A DNA stretch of 64,000 nucleotides from Schmidtea polychroa (GCA_044892525.1 CM097885.1:46688001-46752000); one strand, 5' to 3'; positions 39,021-53,110 are shown, numbered from the stretch's first letter. Notes: a model not told the origin generated them from the sequence alone. Translations and numbers: made by a program.

Positions 39021-39778
39021 CATCTATTCTCAAACCATGGGTCGCGACCCGCATGTGGGTCGTGGAAACTTCCCAGGTGGGTCGCGAGGATGCTATTTGT
39101 AAAAAAAGTTCAAGCATTATTTTCCAAGTCAAATCAGAGACACTGAGCATATCGCATGGGTAAGAAACCCCTTTGAAGTAGACTTTTCTAAATTGTCTCT
39201 TTATTCTGAAGATGAATCCAAACTGATTGAACTTTCGTGCGACAGATCTCTAAAAACCATGTTTGAAACTGTAGGACTTGCAGAATTTGGGCTTAATACT
39301 TCAAAAGAATATACTGGGTTGTGTGAAAGAGCAGTAAACGTGTTGTTGCCATTTACGACAACATATCTATGCGAATCAGGATTTTCTGCTATGACTGCTA
39401 TAAAAACAAAATACAGAAACCGTCTCAATGTATCTAATGATTTGCGACTCTGTTTGTCAAAAATAAAACCACGCATAGATAAGCTAGTCAGCAATATGCA
39501 AGCTCACCCATCTCATTAATATTCTAAATTTATTCGAGAATGCAACTGTGTTTTTTAAATTTATTCTTTTATTTTGAATAATTAATTGTAATAATTATCT
39601 TTAAGAATTAAAGGTTTGTTAGCAAAATGTTGAAAGAATTAAAATACGTTTAATGGGAAAATATTTTAGTCAGAGTTGGTAAATATAAAGTTGATTGCAA
39701 AAGAAGGAAAAAATTTTGTATTAGGTCGCCAAGTTTCTGGCTAGTGGGTCCCTATTTAAAACAGTTTGAGGACCCCTG
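39021..39778 (+). mobile_element. Deleted hAT Buster/Charlie (ZBED5/FAM200-like) element with C-terminal transposase fragment 39193-39519
   Basis: TSD CTCTAAAA at 39013-39020 and 39779-39786; ends ca..ttctcaaac / gtttgaggacccctg; LLPFTTTYLCESGFS..KTKYRNRL..DLRLCLS..QAHPSH. Confidence 0.9.
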
Positions 39779-40002
39779 CTCTAAAAAGTACAATTTTTTT
39801 AATTATTTTTCTTTTATTAATGTAGTTGTTGGTTTGTTTATTGTTTATAGAAGTAAATGGATTTTTTATTAATTAAAGAATATGTGAGAATGCAGCTTGG
39901 ATAAATTTGCGAAACTGAAAGAAAAACAAATAAAGGCACCTAATTTAAAATTTCTAGATTTTTTTTGTATTAGAAACTGGCGGAAATTTTTATCTTTTAT
40001 AT

Positions 40003-40326
40003 ACTACTGGCTGGGGTACCCAACGTTGCACGATTTAAAAAACAGTAAACAGATTCAAAATAAAGAAATTTATTTCAATTCATTCATTTAAAAAAAAGTA
40101 ATTTAAAAAATACATTAAAATTTAATTTAAAAAAAGTACATGTAATTTATATATCACTTATGATAAAGTAGAGTTAGGGTACCCTAGGGGTGGTCACCTG
40201 TGGTTGAAACATAGCCTATGACCTGTTGCGGATCAAATGAGGCTCCACGCAAAATTTCAGCACCAACGGTCCAACGGTGGGGAATTCTATGGCTAATAAA
40301 CAAACTTTCATCTTTATATATTAGAT
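40003..40326 (+). mobile_element. Non-autonomous Helitron/Helentron-like short element (Lep1/HINE-like)
   Basis: 5' actactggct..cccaacgttgcacg, internal caaaatttcag..cggtccaacggt, 3' aacaaactttcatctttatatattagat; layout recalled for this family. Confidence 0.6.
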
Positions 40327-40804
40327 TTATCTCAATTACATGATTCGGGAAATGAAAATGTAATTGCTTATGGTTCCAATGCTAAGTCTAAGCAACATAA
40401 TGGTTATTACAGTAGATGGATAGGGGTCCGCTAGATCAGGGGTCCGCTAGATCAGGGGTCCGCTGGATCACATACCCCCCACCACCCCCCTCTAGGGGAA
40501 ATTTTTAAAATTCTTTTCAAGGTCAAATTTTTTAATATAAAGTTCATTTTTTTTTTATTTGAAATTCGAGAGTTCCCGACAAGAGATATTATTATTTGAA
40601 AATAAAGGTCTTTGAAACACAGGGGTTATTATTATATATAGTCCGAGTTTATCCGACAAGATATTCTGTCCCCTTATGGGTACTGCTCACAAGGGTACTG
40701 CTCACGCTCAACAACTCGCAAGGATATTATTAAACAAATCAATAAAACATATATCTATTTAAACAATAAAATAATTTAACAAGGGTTATGTAAATACAAA
40801 GTCA

Positions 40805-40895
40805 TTTTATTATTATGATTACTTTTTTTATTAATATTACTATTATTACTATTACTATTATTATTATTATTATCATTATTATTATTATTATTATA

Positions 40896-40988
<93 letters not shown>

Positions 40989-41022
40989 ATTATTATTATT
41001 ATTATTATTATTATCATTATTA

Positions 41023-41059
<37 letters not shown>

Positions 41060-41194
41060 TTTTTAATATTTTAATTTGTTTATTTATTATTTATTTATAT
41101 TTTTATTTTTATTATTTTATTTTATTTTATTTTTATTTATTTTTTTTTATTATTATTTTTATTATTTTTATTATTATTATTATTATTATCATTT

Positions 41195-41234
<40 letters not shown>

Positions 41235-41365
41235 ATTATTATTATAATTATTATTAATATTATTATTATTATTATTATTTATTTATATTTTTATTTTTAT
41301 TATTTTATTTTATTTTTATTTATTTTTTTTTTATTATTATTTTTATTATTATTATTATTATTATT
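40805..41365. repeat. Compound (ATT)n / AT-rich low-complexity tract
   Basis: Direct observation. Confidence 0.95.
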
Positions 41366-41443
41366 AAGATTTACAAAATTATCATTAGTTTTCATAAAAA
41401 TGATAATAAATTAAGACATTAAAAGATTAAAAGATATATTAAA

Positions 41444-44400
41444 TCACAGATCAATTCGATAATAATACGTCATATCAATATCATTGTCATCATTGGCATC
41501 ATTGAAATCTGGACTTCGACCTCCGAATAGTGGACGAATTTCTGAAATTACTTGATCAACATCTAAGGCATCTATTCCTAAATAATGTCCAAATGCGAGA
41601 CTGGAATTAGGCCCTACCCATAATCGTTTTTCATCGTTGTTTGACAATGCAATCTTGGTATTTTTAAACGTAAGAAGCTGGTGGTTAGGTGTCCCTATTC
41701 TAGTTTGTGGCACCGTATATACTACGCTGTTGTTGTAGCAGTCTAAATAAGACTGGTGCCCTATCTCAGTATTACCAAGCTGAACTCCCTTAGCCCTAAG
41801 TGTTGCCTTATCTCTTAACAAACTATAACACTTACGTCTTAAGAAAACCCACTCCTTATAACCAAGCCCTTTACTTTCGTCCTTAAATTTCCCTATCACA
41901 GAATCCAAACTCTTTGAATACAAAGGATGAGCAGGATCATAATTGCTAGTATCTAAAAGATTATCACGAATCATTGCCGGCAAAAGAGTGTCAAGCTTAC
42001 AGTGCTTTATCTCTAAGAAAAAGGAGTCAGTGTCGCCGGCAACGATATTTATATCACAGTTAAACTCTAAACGATATTTAGACAATTCTATATACTGTAA
42101 CTGGTACATCCTCAGTTTAGACAGGTCTAGCACAGATTGGCCAATGTAGCTAGGTCTGTCTAAACATATATAATCTTTATCCAGATGAGCCGCAATCAGA
42201 TCATCAGCAATTTTGATAGATTTTCTGAAAGTCGGCTTTGAAGCATATACAATCATCTTTTCAGCTGAATTGCATAGCCTCAAATTCATCCGCTTTTTCA
42301 GATTCTCCACCGATTTACCATACAAGCTATTGTTAAATAATTTATATAAATCTCTATGCAGCTCGCATGTAGAATTTGAGCGCAAATTAGTATTAGTCGA
42401 TATGTAATCTTTAAAAATGGGTGCATGTTTAAATTTAATTGCCCTATGTACATTTTTAATTACAGCCCCCATTTCTATATACAACTTGAGAAGTCGCCAA
42501 TGAAGAACATGGTTCTTCTTCGGCCAATGCAGGAGCATCAGCTTCTCAACTTTCGAATCTGGCGGGCATATTTTTTCCGGAGCAATCGGAAAATCATTCA
42601 AAAAATCATGCACACACTGAGGGATATCAATATCCACTTCCATATGGAAGATTTTCAATATCCTCATTCATACACTAATTCAAGACAGAATCAAGATCAT
42701 CATACACCCATTCAAAGTCAGCATAAGGCAGATTTTGGCTAAGGCTCATCCATACAAGTTGTTAATATCTATGTACAAGAGTTCTGTGTCTTCAGAACTT
42801 ACAACATAATGTTTGTTAACAAATGTTAACCCACCTCGTATCCCTCCTTCATAGAAATTAAACATTTCCATGTCCTGCAAAAGTTCAATGGGTTCCGTTA
42901 ATGTCATAAGCGCTGAGGCCCATGACATACCGGGAATGCCATAGAAATTAAGAGGCTCAAGACCATTGTAAGCAATGGCCTTTGCACGGAATTGTGTAAA
43001 ATAATCTGCGAGGAGAAACACGTCGAATTTAAGGTAAGTTAACATGTAATCTAACATGTTGTTGCAATTTTGCTGAGTCCAAATAACTTGGGCTAATGCA
43101 TACTTATCATTAGACACAGAATCCCAGATCGGAGGTAGTTCAAGAGTCGATTCCAGAACCTCAAGCGATGTAGCAAAGTCATATGGAAAGATACCTTTGG
43201 CTCGAACAATTGCGCCATCAAAAACAGAAGAAGTTAAAGGCAGATCAGAAAGAGTCTTAACCGCTTTTGCTAAAGATGAATTAACAAATTGCATGCTGTC
43301 AATAAAACGAACAGGCACTTTGTTAAGTTACGCGATGAGGGAGATGAATTTCTCGGTAGTAGTCGGAATAATATTTAATTCCCAAGAAGGAAAATTATTC
43401 AAACCATACTTCAAAATATGATGGAGATCGAACCCCCTCAAATTATGAAAGACAACCGGTAACTGTCTCTGAATTCGCCGAGAAACATTACATTTCCTAC
43501 AAGCAGCACCAAGATACTTGCCTGAGAAGTGGCAATGGTCCCTAACTCTATCTTTAATAAATTTCTTACTAAGGTAACAGGTTCTGGATTCTCGAAAAGC
43601 CCGCTCTTCAGTGAAAGACAAGGTTTGCATGGGCTTTTTCCAATTAATTTCGTAATATGGCAGGACAATTGTCATAGCAATTTCCTCCACCTTACGCAAG
43701 AAAGACAACACACAATCATCACCAACAAACTCATAATAAAATCTGGTATTATTATAATTATTAATTAATAATATGCCTGCTGTTATTGGCATATGTTTTT
43801 GGTGGTGGGTAATGTCTTCAGGCAAGATTGCCTCAAAATCGGCATATATCACGAATGGCGGGGTGATTGTCTTGGAGTAATCTTTAAAAATTAAATTTTT
43901 ATCTTTAGGGAGCGTGTACAAAGTAGTACCTATCTGGTTCTTACTGCATAGTGCAACATGTACGTTAAATGCTTTTTCATGTCGAAAACCATTGAGACAA
44001 TGAGGACACCAGTTCACTCTAATTTTAACACTGCATTCACTGTTAGGGTGTGAGTTTATTAATTTTTGTAAGTTAAAAACTGCGGTATAATGGAAATTAT
44101 CACCGTCTTCCAATAAAAGTAAGTATATGGGTTCACCACCTATAACCTTAGATCGGTGAATAATATCTAATTGAGGATGATGTGGAATATAATTATCGTC
44201 AATTACATTTTCAGAAGGCTTAGCTGGGTTATTTTTATAAATTAAAACATTTATTGATAAATTTAAATCACTATTTTTCCTTTCAAATTTAGGGATATCA
44301 CATAATTTCATTGGACAATCTGAAATGGGGTCAAAATTTAACTCGTCAAGATAATTTTCATAGGAACTAACTCTATTTCTATTTATATGTACTACATTAC

Positions 44401-45384
44401 GTTTTAAAAGGGCTAAAATACTATATATAAAGCACATATCGTCAGTGTTTTGACGTTTACTATTGCTTTTTTAGAATTTAAAGCCGCTGGGGTGGGGATA
44501 TAACTATGTCCAGCTAACCTATTCATATGGGTAAATTTTGCTAATATAAAATCTATCTCTTTGATTTTAACCACTCGCCATCCGCTACCCAAATATGTGA
44601 ATTTTTCTATTTTCTCATTTAACTTAGTGATACTCTTTACTAGAAAATTATCTGAAAAAACCTCTGTATTATTAGAGAAAAAATTATCTCTAATTTCCCC
44701 ATCTTTTTCGAATTGGATTAAAACGGTGAATTGTATTTTAACTGTGCCCATACCGTTTATTTCGGTAAGTAATTTATTTGTCATCTTATCTGTAATGAAA
44801 ACTTGTACCAAGTTATCTTTTTCCATATTAAATCGCAAATTCTTTCTAGCCCCTTTAAAATCTATCTCAATTTCAGGTTCATCGTCAATATCGATCGAAC
44901 CACCTATTTGATTATATATTGAATCACCAGTTGTATTAATTTTAACAATTTTAGAGGGAACACCAGACCCAAAACTAACAGCAGGCTGTTTATTATTATT
45001 TAGAATATTATTTATTTTAGTATTTAGATTCGTATTTAGATTAGTATTATTTACATTATTATTTGCATGTTTTGTATTATAATTATTATTTATAGGTTTT
45101 GTATTTAGGTGTTTTGGAGTATTATGTGTTGATTGTTGTATTTTGATAAACAATTTCTTTTTATTTAAAGAAACAAGATTTAAATGTGATTTGTGAATAT
45201 TATAAAACTCTATATATTTAATGCTGTGAGAAGTCTCGCATATTGGACATATAAAGTAGTTGATGCCATAGAATCTATGACCGTAGTATTTTTTCATATT
45301 TTTATGGCATATATTTGTATGATCATTTGATGACATGCAGTAACGTGGGTATAATTTACCTGATAAATTATAAATATATATCAA
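41444..45384 (-). pseudogene. Protein-primed family-B DNA polymerase (Polinton pPolB), broken into four ORFs
   Basis: ORFs 44413-45384, 43328-44437, 42746-43318 and 41444-42667 join through a frameshift (~44430), TAA (43328), and TGA plus frameshift (~42746-42670). Motifs: GSGW, YIPTP..KKAIVN, YADFE, DHCH..G..C..CN (endonuclease VII-like), FHNLRGFDLH, RFIDS, KGIFPY, YIDINNLYG, KLFNNSLYGK, GDTDSF, IGKFKDE, KCY, AKGV. Confidence 0.92.
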
Positions 45385-45599
45385 ATATATTAATAGATTT
45401 AAAAATTAATAGTTAATTGCATTTATATTTAATGTCTTTATTAACAATTCTTAAGCCGTTTTTATCGCATAATAATTATAAAACGGAATAATAATCGGAA
45501 TACATATATAATTTATTGTAATATTATTTTTATCAGAGGTATAAAATATGGGAGGTATGAAATCATAAATATTATTATCATTGTTATTACTATTATTAA

Positions 45600-45652
<53 letters not shown>

Positions 45653-45759
45653 TTAATATTACTTTTTTTTAATATTATTACTAGAGAGAGTAGTTGCATG
45701 CTCAATGCAAACTATGTTTGACAATTAATATTTTTAAAGTATTATTTCTATTAAATTAT

Positions 45760-46150
45760 TATTTTCATAACAACTTATTAATTTCAACATCATTTTCAGG
45801 AACATATTCATATTTATCATAATTTTCAGATTTTTCATAATTATTTTCAGAAACATTTTCATATTTTTCATAATTTCAAACATTTTCATTATAATTTCAG
45901 GAACATCTTCATAATTTTCAGATTTTTCATAATTATTTTCAAAGACATTTTCATAATTTATATGTGTTTATCATCATTTTCAATATTTTCAACATTTTCA
46001 TAATTATTTTCAGAAAAACTTTCATGTTTTTCATAATTTTCAACATTTTCATAATAATTTCAGGAACATTTTCATCATTTTAAACATTTTCATAATTTTC
46101 AGCATTTTCATAATTATTTCCAGCAATACTTTCATAATTTATACGTGGTT
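45760..46150 (-). repeat. Degenerate tandem repeat that translates as NYEN/ENV-rich peptide on the minus strand
   Basis: aattatgaaaatgttgaa-type units; frame broken by stops. Confidence 0.7.
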
Positions 46151-46214
46151 ATTAAACAAAATTAATTATCAAACACAATTTCAAATTAATTTTAAAAATA
46201 ATAATAAAATATAA

Positions 46215-46709
46215 CTAACATTTTGATTCTATATCGGAATCATCCTCAGATTCATCCCCATAAGAAACGGAGGCATGATTAATTTCCTCCTCAATAGACA
46301 TGTGGGCATAGTCATCAGAAACAACATTAATATTTGGGGCATATCCAACATTTGAGGTATCATCACCTTAAGTTTTTGTAATTCATTAATTAAATAAAAT
46401 AAATTTACCCATTGATTCCATGATAATATCTCGGGTATTGTCCTCAATAACATTTTCACCGTCATTAATATGCTGATCAACTAAATAATTTTATTTTCAA
46501 TTAAATTTTAAAAATAAATTTACTTAATAAAAGATCTTCTTCATTGTCACTAATAATGATTGACAGATCTTGATTATAGTTGTCGGCATCGGTGACTTCA
46601 TACCATAAATTCTCTAAAATAATAATAAATAATAATAATAAAAATAAAATAATTTACCGTTTTCTCCTGCCAACATGGCGCGTAAAATATTATCTAATTC
46701 ACTATCCAT
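46215..46709 (-). CDS. Four-exon gene for a 121-aa acidic protein of unknown function, upstream of Polinton PolB
   Basis: Exons 46709-46658, 46613-46524, 46480-46409 and 46366-46215; introns of 44, 43 and 42 nt, all phase 1, all starting GTAAATT and ending AG; spliced frame open from ATG to TAG. Confidence 0.7.
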
Positions 46710-47009
46710 TTTTAATCGAAAATTTTTTAGTCGAAAATTTGTAAAATTTAAAAATAATTGTGACGATTTTTGAAAATTGTAACTGCTTATAAAGAAAATG
46801 AATATTTTCCGGTCCAATCAAAATCAAGGAAGGGATAGGAAAAAGAATAAATACATTACGTTGCGGTATTTTAAAACTTCAATATATTTTAAAAACACAT
46901 TTTGACACTGAAGTTGATTTATTTAAAATTTTCATAATTTGCATTTATTTCATGATTATTTTCAATATTTTCATGATTGTTTTCTTCAGAATCTTATTTT
47001 ATTTAAAAA

Positions 47010-47235
<226 letters not shown>

Positions 47236-48822
47236 ATTTATATGATCACAAGGCAAATATATGAGCAATAAAATCTTCAATCATTTTTTAACATATATTA
47301 ATTTATGCAATAATATTAAAAGAAATTATTTAATAAGTATCATTTTAATATTCATCGCTGCATATATGATGAAAAAGCCAATAATTCCATTATTTCATAA
47401 GTGGATTAACTATTAAAAGCAACTTAGAAATATAGTTACAATATCCGAGAGGGAAATATTATTTCAATGCATCAAACTGGGAGTTACAACTAACATAGAC
47501 TATCTGCTCGTAAATAGGTTTTAATTCAAAATAAACGATCAAACTAGATTGGTTTGCAAATTCTTAATAAATATACAATAATTACAGATATTTGTTAAAA
47601 TGAACAAAATGGATAATATTAAATAATATTAAATAACATCAAAAATTGAAAATTAAGCCCATAGACAATGAATGGCAATAACAGTCGGAAAATAAAAATA
47701 ATCGTAAAGGCGTTTAGGAAGAGTTGATGACAAATCTATCCCCAACCATAGATCATAAAGACAACAGACATAAGGCGTCAACAATATCATCTGTCATAAT
47801 GCTTAGAGGTCTTTCAATTCGACTCAATTCTACTTGCTTTTTCAATCTCCGCTATTTCGATGACCCTGTTGATCCTCTATTCGTCCGGCAACCGTGATCC
47901 GCGATTTAGATCTATGACAATTCTTGGCCTCTTATGTAATCATCAGATGGCATAGTTTTGTCCACGCTCAAGCCAGAACTGTCCGTTTTCTAATCACCTC
48001 TTTATATCTAGGCCTCATAATCGATTACAAATAATTTGAAAGAATATTAGCAAACAGATCACATAGACTTTCGAAAATTTTATTCTAGTATAAGATAGGA
48101 TGATATTTTTGTCTAAGTGCTCCGTATTTTTAGTGCAAATATGTGTTTTTTCATCTAAGAGTATTTTATCCAATGAATTTTAACATTTATTTAATTCTTG
48201 CTCGTAATTATTTTTTATTTTGATCTTTTTTTTGTTAAGTCAACTAATTTTTAATTAACCCTGGCTTTCAAATCAATATTGTGGTTTTGATTTGTGTTGG
48301 GACCCTGAGGGTATGCCGTCCACAAGTGGTGTCACTAGGGGCAAATGTACAACTGATTCGACTTTTCCCAGGCACCCAAGGTGATTTGTCGACAATTTTC
48401 CCTCCTGTGTACCCATGACGACGAGCCATGTTGGTGATGTACACCGAGGTTGGAACCTGTGAGCAGGTGAGCCCCTGTGTTAGGACTACTCCCCACAGCA
48501 TTCGCAGTTCGGGTTCTTGAATGCCGTAGAAGGACTTACATCGAGCGATAAGTGCCTCTGCTCCAGGTGAGGTCATTCAACTTTTATCACATTTTCACAA
48601 TAAGGTCTTAGAATAGTCATTTAGATACTGGGATATCGAAGAGACAACAATTCGTACTTAAATATTAATTACATTTAACACAAATTCTCTAATATACCAA
48701 AAAGAAAATAAATTAGCGCCATTATACACTACGACAAATTCGCACACCCAAAGATTTAAAGTACATTTTTATCATGCAGATTCGGTTTTCAAGTCAAATA
48801 TTTTCGGACGCAGTCCTTTTAT

Positions 48823-49569
48823 TCAGATGTTCCCTTCTAGCAACATCGCAGTGATGTCGTTTTCCAGCACGGGGTCGGGAGTTGGTAGAGAGTCCGCAGC
48901 TGTTACCACTTTAAACGAAGGAACTGGACAGGTTGGTGGGACTGATTTTGCAGTAGACACTGCGAACAATGTTGCTTCCAGTGTTGCTATTTCTTCTCGC
49001 CGCTTTTTGGTTTTCTCTGCTCGGGTCAACCTTTTCTTTCTTTTTGTTTTAGGAAGTTCGGTCGGGACGATCCCTTGAGAATTAGAAGTGCTCGCAGAGC
49101 TCACGGCGGATATGGTCGGAATATAGATACCTGTTATTGTGACATCAGAAGTGACTGGTGACATTATTGTAGGACCATAGGAATTGCATCTCGACGAGGA
49201 GACTGACTCTAGATAATCTGGTTGATGATGGAGAGGAAATACATTCCCTTTATGCAAGGTAGGATACTCCGCGATACGGGATTTCAGTTCCGCATCGGAA
49301 TAGATGCGGTGGAGAGCCACAGATTAGGCCTTGATTGTGAGCCGTTGGCTCAGACTTTCCTCGAGCAGGCTGTCACGGCAGTGCTCGAGTCTGAGGATCT
49401 TCATCTGAGCCTCCTTCATTAACGTTGGAGTAAACCAGGTGCCTTTCAAGGTGTCGATTCGGCGCTTCAAGGTCCCAATATAATCGGCGGACTTCTTTAA
49501 GAGTACGTTTTTGTCAGCACACGAGAAACACGGTCTCAGGCCGGTTGGTGGGAGGTTTGGTTCTGACAT
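48823..49569 (-). pseudogene. Unknown TE-associated ORF with one in-frame stop (49324-49326)
   Basis: ORFs 49324-49704 and 48823-49320 share a frame; ATG at 49569; GC-richer than flanks; CxxC, coiled-coil, basic NLS-like KTKRKKR. Confidence 0.5.
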
Positions 49570-50549
49570 TCGGATTGGAACTAAAGAAAATTCATAATCG
49601 TTAAAGGGCCCTGACAAGGTCCTATTCGCAACAGTAAATTTTGTTAATAGTATTTTTAGAAATTTTATCCAAAATCGGGTGGACAAGGGCAAAGTTCCGA
49701 TCAAGAAAAGTTATTCACTGTACTTACTTAATACTTAATTTCAGTTGTTTAATCACGACATTTAAATTTATTCTTAAAAAATTTCTTATTTATTTTTATC
49801 TACGTAAGTTCATTTTCCAAACTATATTTCTGAAATTTATTACATGAATTTATTTTTAAATCTTTTCGCTCAAACGTATCACCTAAGTTTTTACCGATAA
49901 ATCAAAAAATTCATTTACTGCGATCCTCGCAACTTAAATGATTGGTCGTTTATTTTAGTAGCAATTTTTGCTGTGCGAGAAATACCAGCAAATAATTTAC
50001 AAGAAGGTGCGTGGGTAATGTAATGCTTAGGTGTACTCGCATCTCACTCTCTTTATTACATCATCGAAAAATCAATACCAATTTTCGTTTCCTAGTGTTA
50101 CTGTCGTTCACTCACTAAAGTGCACGAAATCAAAAAAATCGTCATATTCTCTAAATGTGAATGCTAGCTGGAAGAAGTGCTGGGAATGATCACCTGTCAT
50201 CTCCACGTGCGAGATGGTCTCGTTGACGCGTATATGTTCATGTTAGTTTCATAAAATATTTGCTACGCTGAAGAATTCCCACTATCTCAATTAATTGGTT
50301 GTAAATATTTATATGAATCATCATAATCTATTTTCCTCAGACAACAACCATTTTTACTGCAGTTCTCTGTTGATTCGAAATCTGTGATTACAATCTCTCA
50401 CCGTCGACTCGGGCAACGCTTATCATAGATTTGTCGGGATTTCTCGTTACCATCTGTCATCATTACCGTACGTAGATGTCTATTGAACGTTTATTAATCG
50501 GAATTATCAGTGATTTTTATCGACGAGCAAAATCGAAATTGTCTGGGAT

Positions 50550-50885
50550 CAACGTTCCCTCTAAGCTGCGTGCGTGCGCGCGCGCAGCACCTCCAACTCC
50601 CCAGCGCAGCAAAATTATTTTCAGCGCAGTATATTTAATTCAACCGTTTCATGGCAGTTGTTCCTAGTAAAAAGCACACGGAAATTGTCGATGTAAATGG
50701 ACCACCAGCAGCAAAGACCGGTTATCTACTTAGTTTTCAACATAGTCGCTACAGTTATAGAATACAGTATCGTTTTAAAACTCTTACAACCACGTTATAG
50801 CATTTTGACGCTCATTTGTATTTAAAGGCTGCTCAGCGCAGCTGACTTTGCGCGCACTGCTGCGTATGGCTTAGAGGGAACATTG
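50550..50885. mobile_element. hAT MITE
   Basis: TIRs caacgttccctctaagc / gcttagagggaacattg; TSD TCTGGGAT / TCTGGGAG (7/8). Confidence 0.88.
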
Positions 50886-51749
50886 TCTGGGAGTATTTAC
50901 CAGAAGGAGGATAGATGATTACGCTATGACGACCATTGACAAGTTAGCGATCAAACCTCTTAGATTTCAGATTGGAAAAGTGGGTGATTGGATATGTTAT
51001 TCTACTATATTCTACGGGAAGCTTTCTTATACAAGGTAGATGATTAGAAAAACAAGTTCTCCTCGTGATGCCTGTCACTCTATTATACGGAAGCTCTCTC
51101 TTCTTAATTTCAGAAGGCCTAACGGGAATCTACTACTGCCGTTGCTGAGCCAGAGAACTCATCGTTTCTTTCGATCTTTCAATTTCACCTCTAGCCGTAC
51201 ATAGTCTCCTTCAACTCCCGTGAGCGATCATCCAGCAAAACGATCTGTGCTCTATCGATACAAGTATCAACAGTTCCAGACTTCCTCTTGGCTAATCTCA
51301 TCACTACATCTTTCATTTAAAAATTAAATTAAAGTAAGTATAAATTATAAATGGCATAAAAATCATAAATATCATTTTAGATCAACCGAACTCATTTCTC
51401 CTACTCCAGTTTCTCATCACATTCTATTTCGATCCTACCGCTACCTCATGACAGATGTACTAATTCTGGCTATTTCTACTAGAACTGTTGTTATCCCGAT
51501 CATACTCTCTAATTGTAAAGTTGCAACTTCGTACCTGGCTACGCCAGTATAAGTCGGTCTCTTAATTCCATAAATCTGAATTTTCAAGATCTCGCCGGAA
51601 AAATATCCTCTCCTCAACATCAAAACCAATCCGGTATCCCAGCTATCAACGCTCCTCATGCAATCTCCATTCCAACACCATCTCTACTTTATCTGAGCTA
51701 CTTGATCTGCCCATTCACTGAATAAATCTTCATATTCATTTAATTTTCG

Positions 51750-52670
51750 AACCACCCTCCATTTACTGATTCGATACTACTACCATAAAATAAATAACTC
51801 CTGCAAGCATATTAGAAACCATTTATTCGGTATTATCATCATTTTATACAGAATTCCATCAATCGTGTTACAGATTCATTTTCATTATTACCGTTAAACA
51901 CACAATCCATCATATCATAAAATAAATTATTCCAAAAGAGAACAATAGATCATAAAACATTTTTTTAATTTTTATTTAATTAGTAATAAATTAGTTTATA
52001 GAAATGCATATGAATTACTACAGGAAAACTAAAATCAAATAAATATTTACGTGATCTACTATTGGGATCTGAAAATTTAGTGGTCCGTAATAAGTCGAAT
52101 ATCGGTTGGGTGTTCTCTATCCTGATCAGTGAAGTTTTATTGAATAATCGCAGTCTTACCTAAATTGAAATTTTTATAACTGAGGGAATTAGCCTCTCTA
52201 TTCTCTTATATACTGGATTCTATCCAATCAGAATCCAGCAAGGTTGTATTATTGTATTTTTTCTCTTTTTTTCTTTTTTATTCTTTTTTTATGTTTTCTT
52301 TATTATTTTGGATGATTTTCTTAATAAATAATTTTAATATTCTTATTTTTTTTTCTTTTGTTGGTTTTAGGGTATTTTCTCGTGATTTTTATATTTTATT
52401 TTCTTTAATTATTATTTCTATTTGGGTTTGCTATTATTATTTAATTTTTTTTATTTCTTCCCTTTATGATTATTATTTTTCTATTATTTTTCTTTCTTGG
52501 GGTAATTACTTAGGGTTTTTATTAATTTTCTCGTTATTTTTATTTCTGATTATCGGTTCTCCCATCTTCCACCTTACTTTCCCTCTCTACTTGGCTAATC
52601 CCCACCTAACTTAATTCATATTGGGTTATTTTATATGGCGGTTTGGACTCACTGAGTTTTCAGCCCAACA
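51750..52670 (-). mobile_element. LTR-like sequence (5' end TGTTGGGCTGAA at 52670), followed by decayed internal sequence
   Basis: Same 5' terminus and same ctgattgga..gtatataa (CCAAT+TATA) layout as the copy starting at 60386; inner boundary uncertain. Confidence 0.5.
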
Positions 52671-53110
52671 TTTGCCATTTTATTTTGGAACTGATTTTAA
52701 GGAAATTTTGAGGATTTCTTATTAAAATATGTTTCATGTTGCTTCTGCTTGTTTTTTGAATATTATTATGTTAATTTTATAATTTGTTTAATGTCTTGTG
52801 TATTTATTATGTATTATTACGTTCATTATTTAGTGCTTTTTCATTGATTTTAAATATTATTTCAGAACTTTTTGTTATATTATAAAGTTCCTAAACACAA
52901 TTTTAAATTACTTTTTTGTCTAGCTCTACATGAACCTGAAGTGGGTGAATATCGAAATCTTAATATAGAATTTTTGGTTTTAAATGAAACAAAAATTTTA
53001 GTCATCTAATAGAAAACGGAGATAAAAAAAAATAAAAAATATCATTATCTTAAATTAGAATTATATTTGTTTAAATATTCAATTGAAATTAATTTAATAC
53101 TTCAAATTTA

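Noticed and set aside
50432..50447. Possible right-hand Polinton TIR (tgtcgggatttctcg resembling the reverse complement of 40568-40583)
   Set aside because: Short match only; no terminal repeats or CTACT end nearby.
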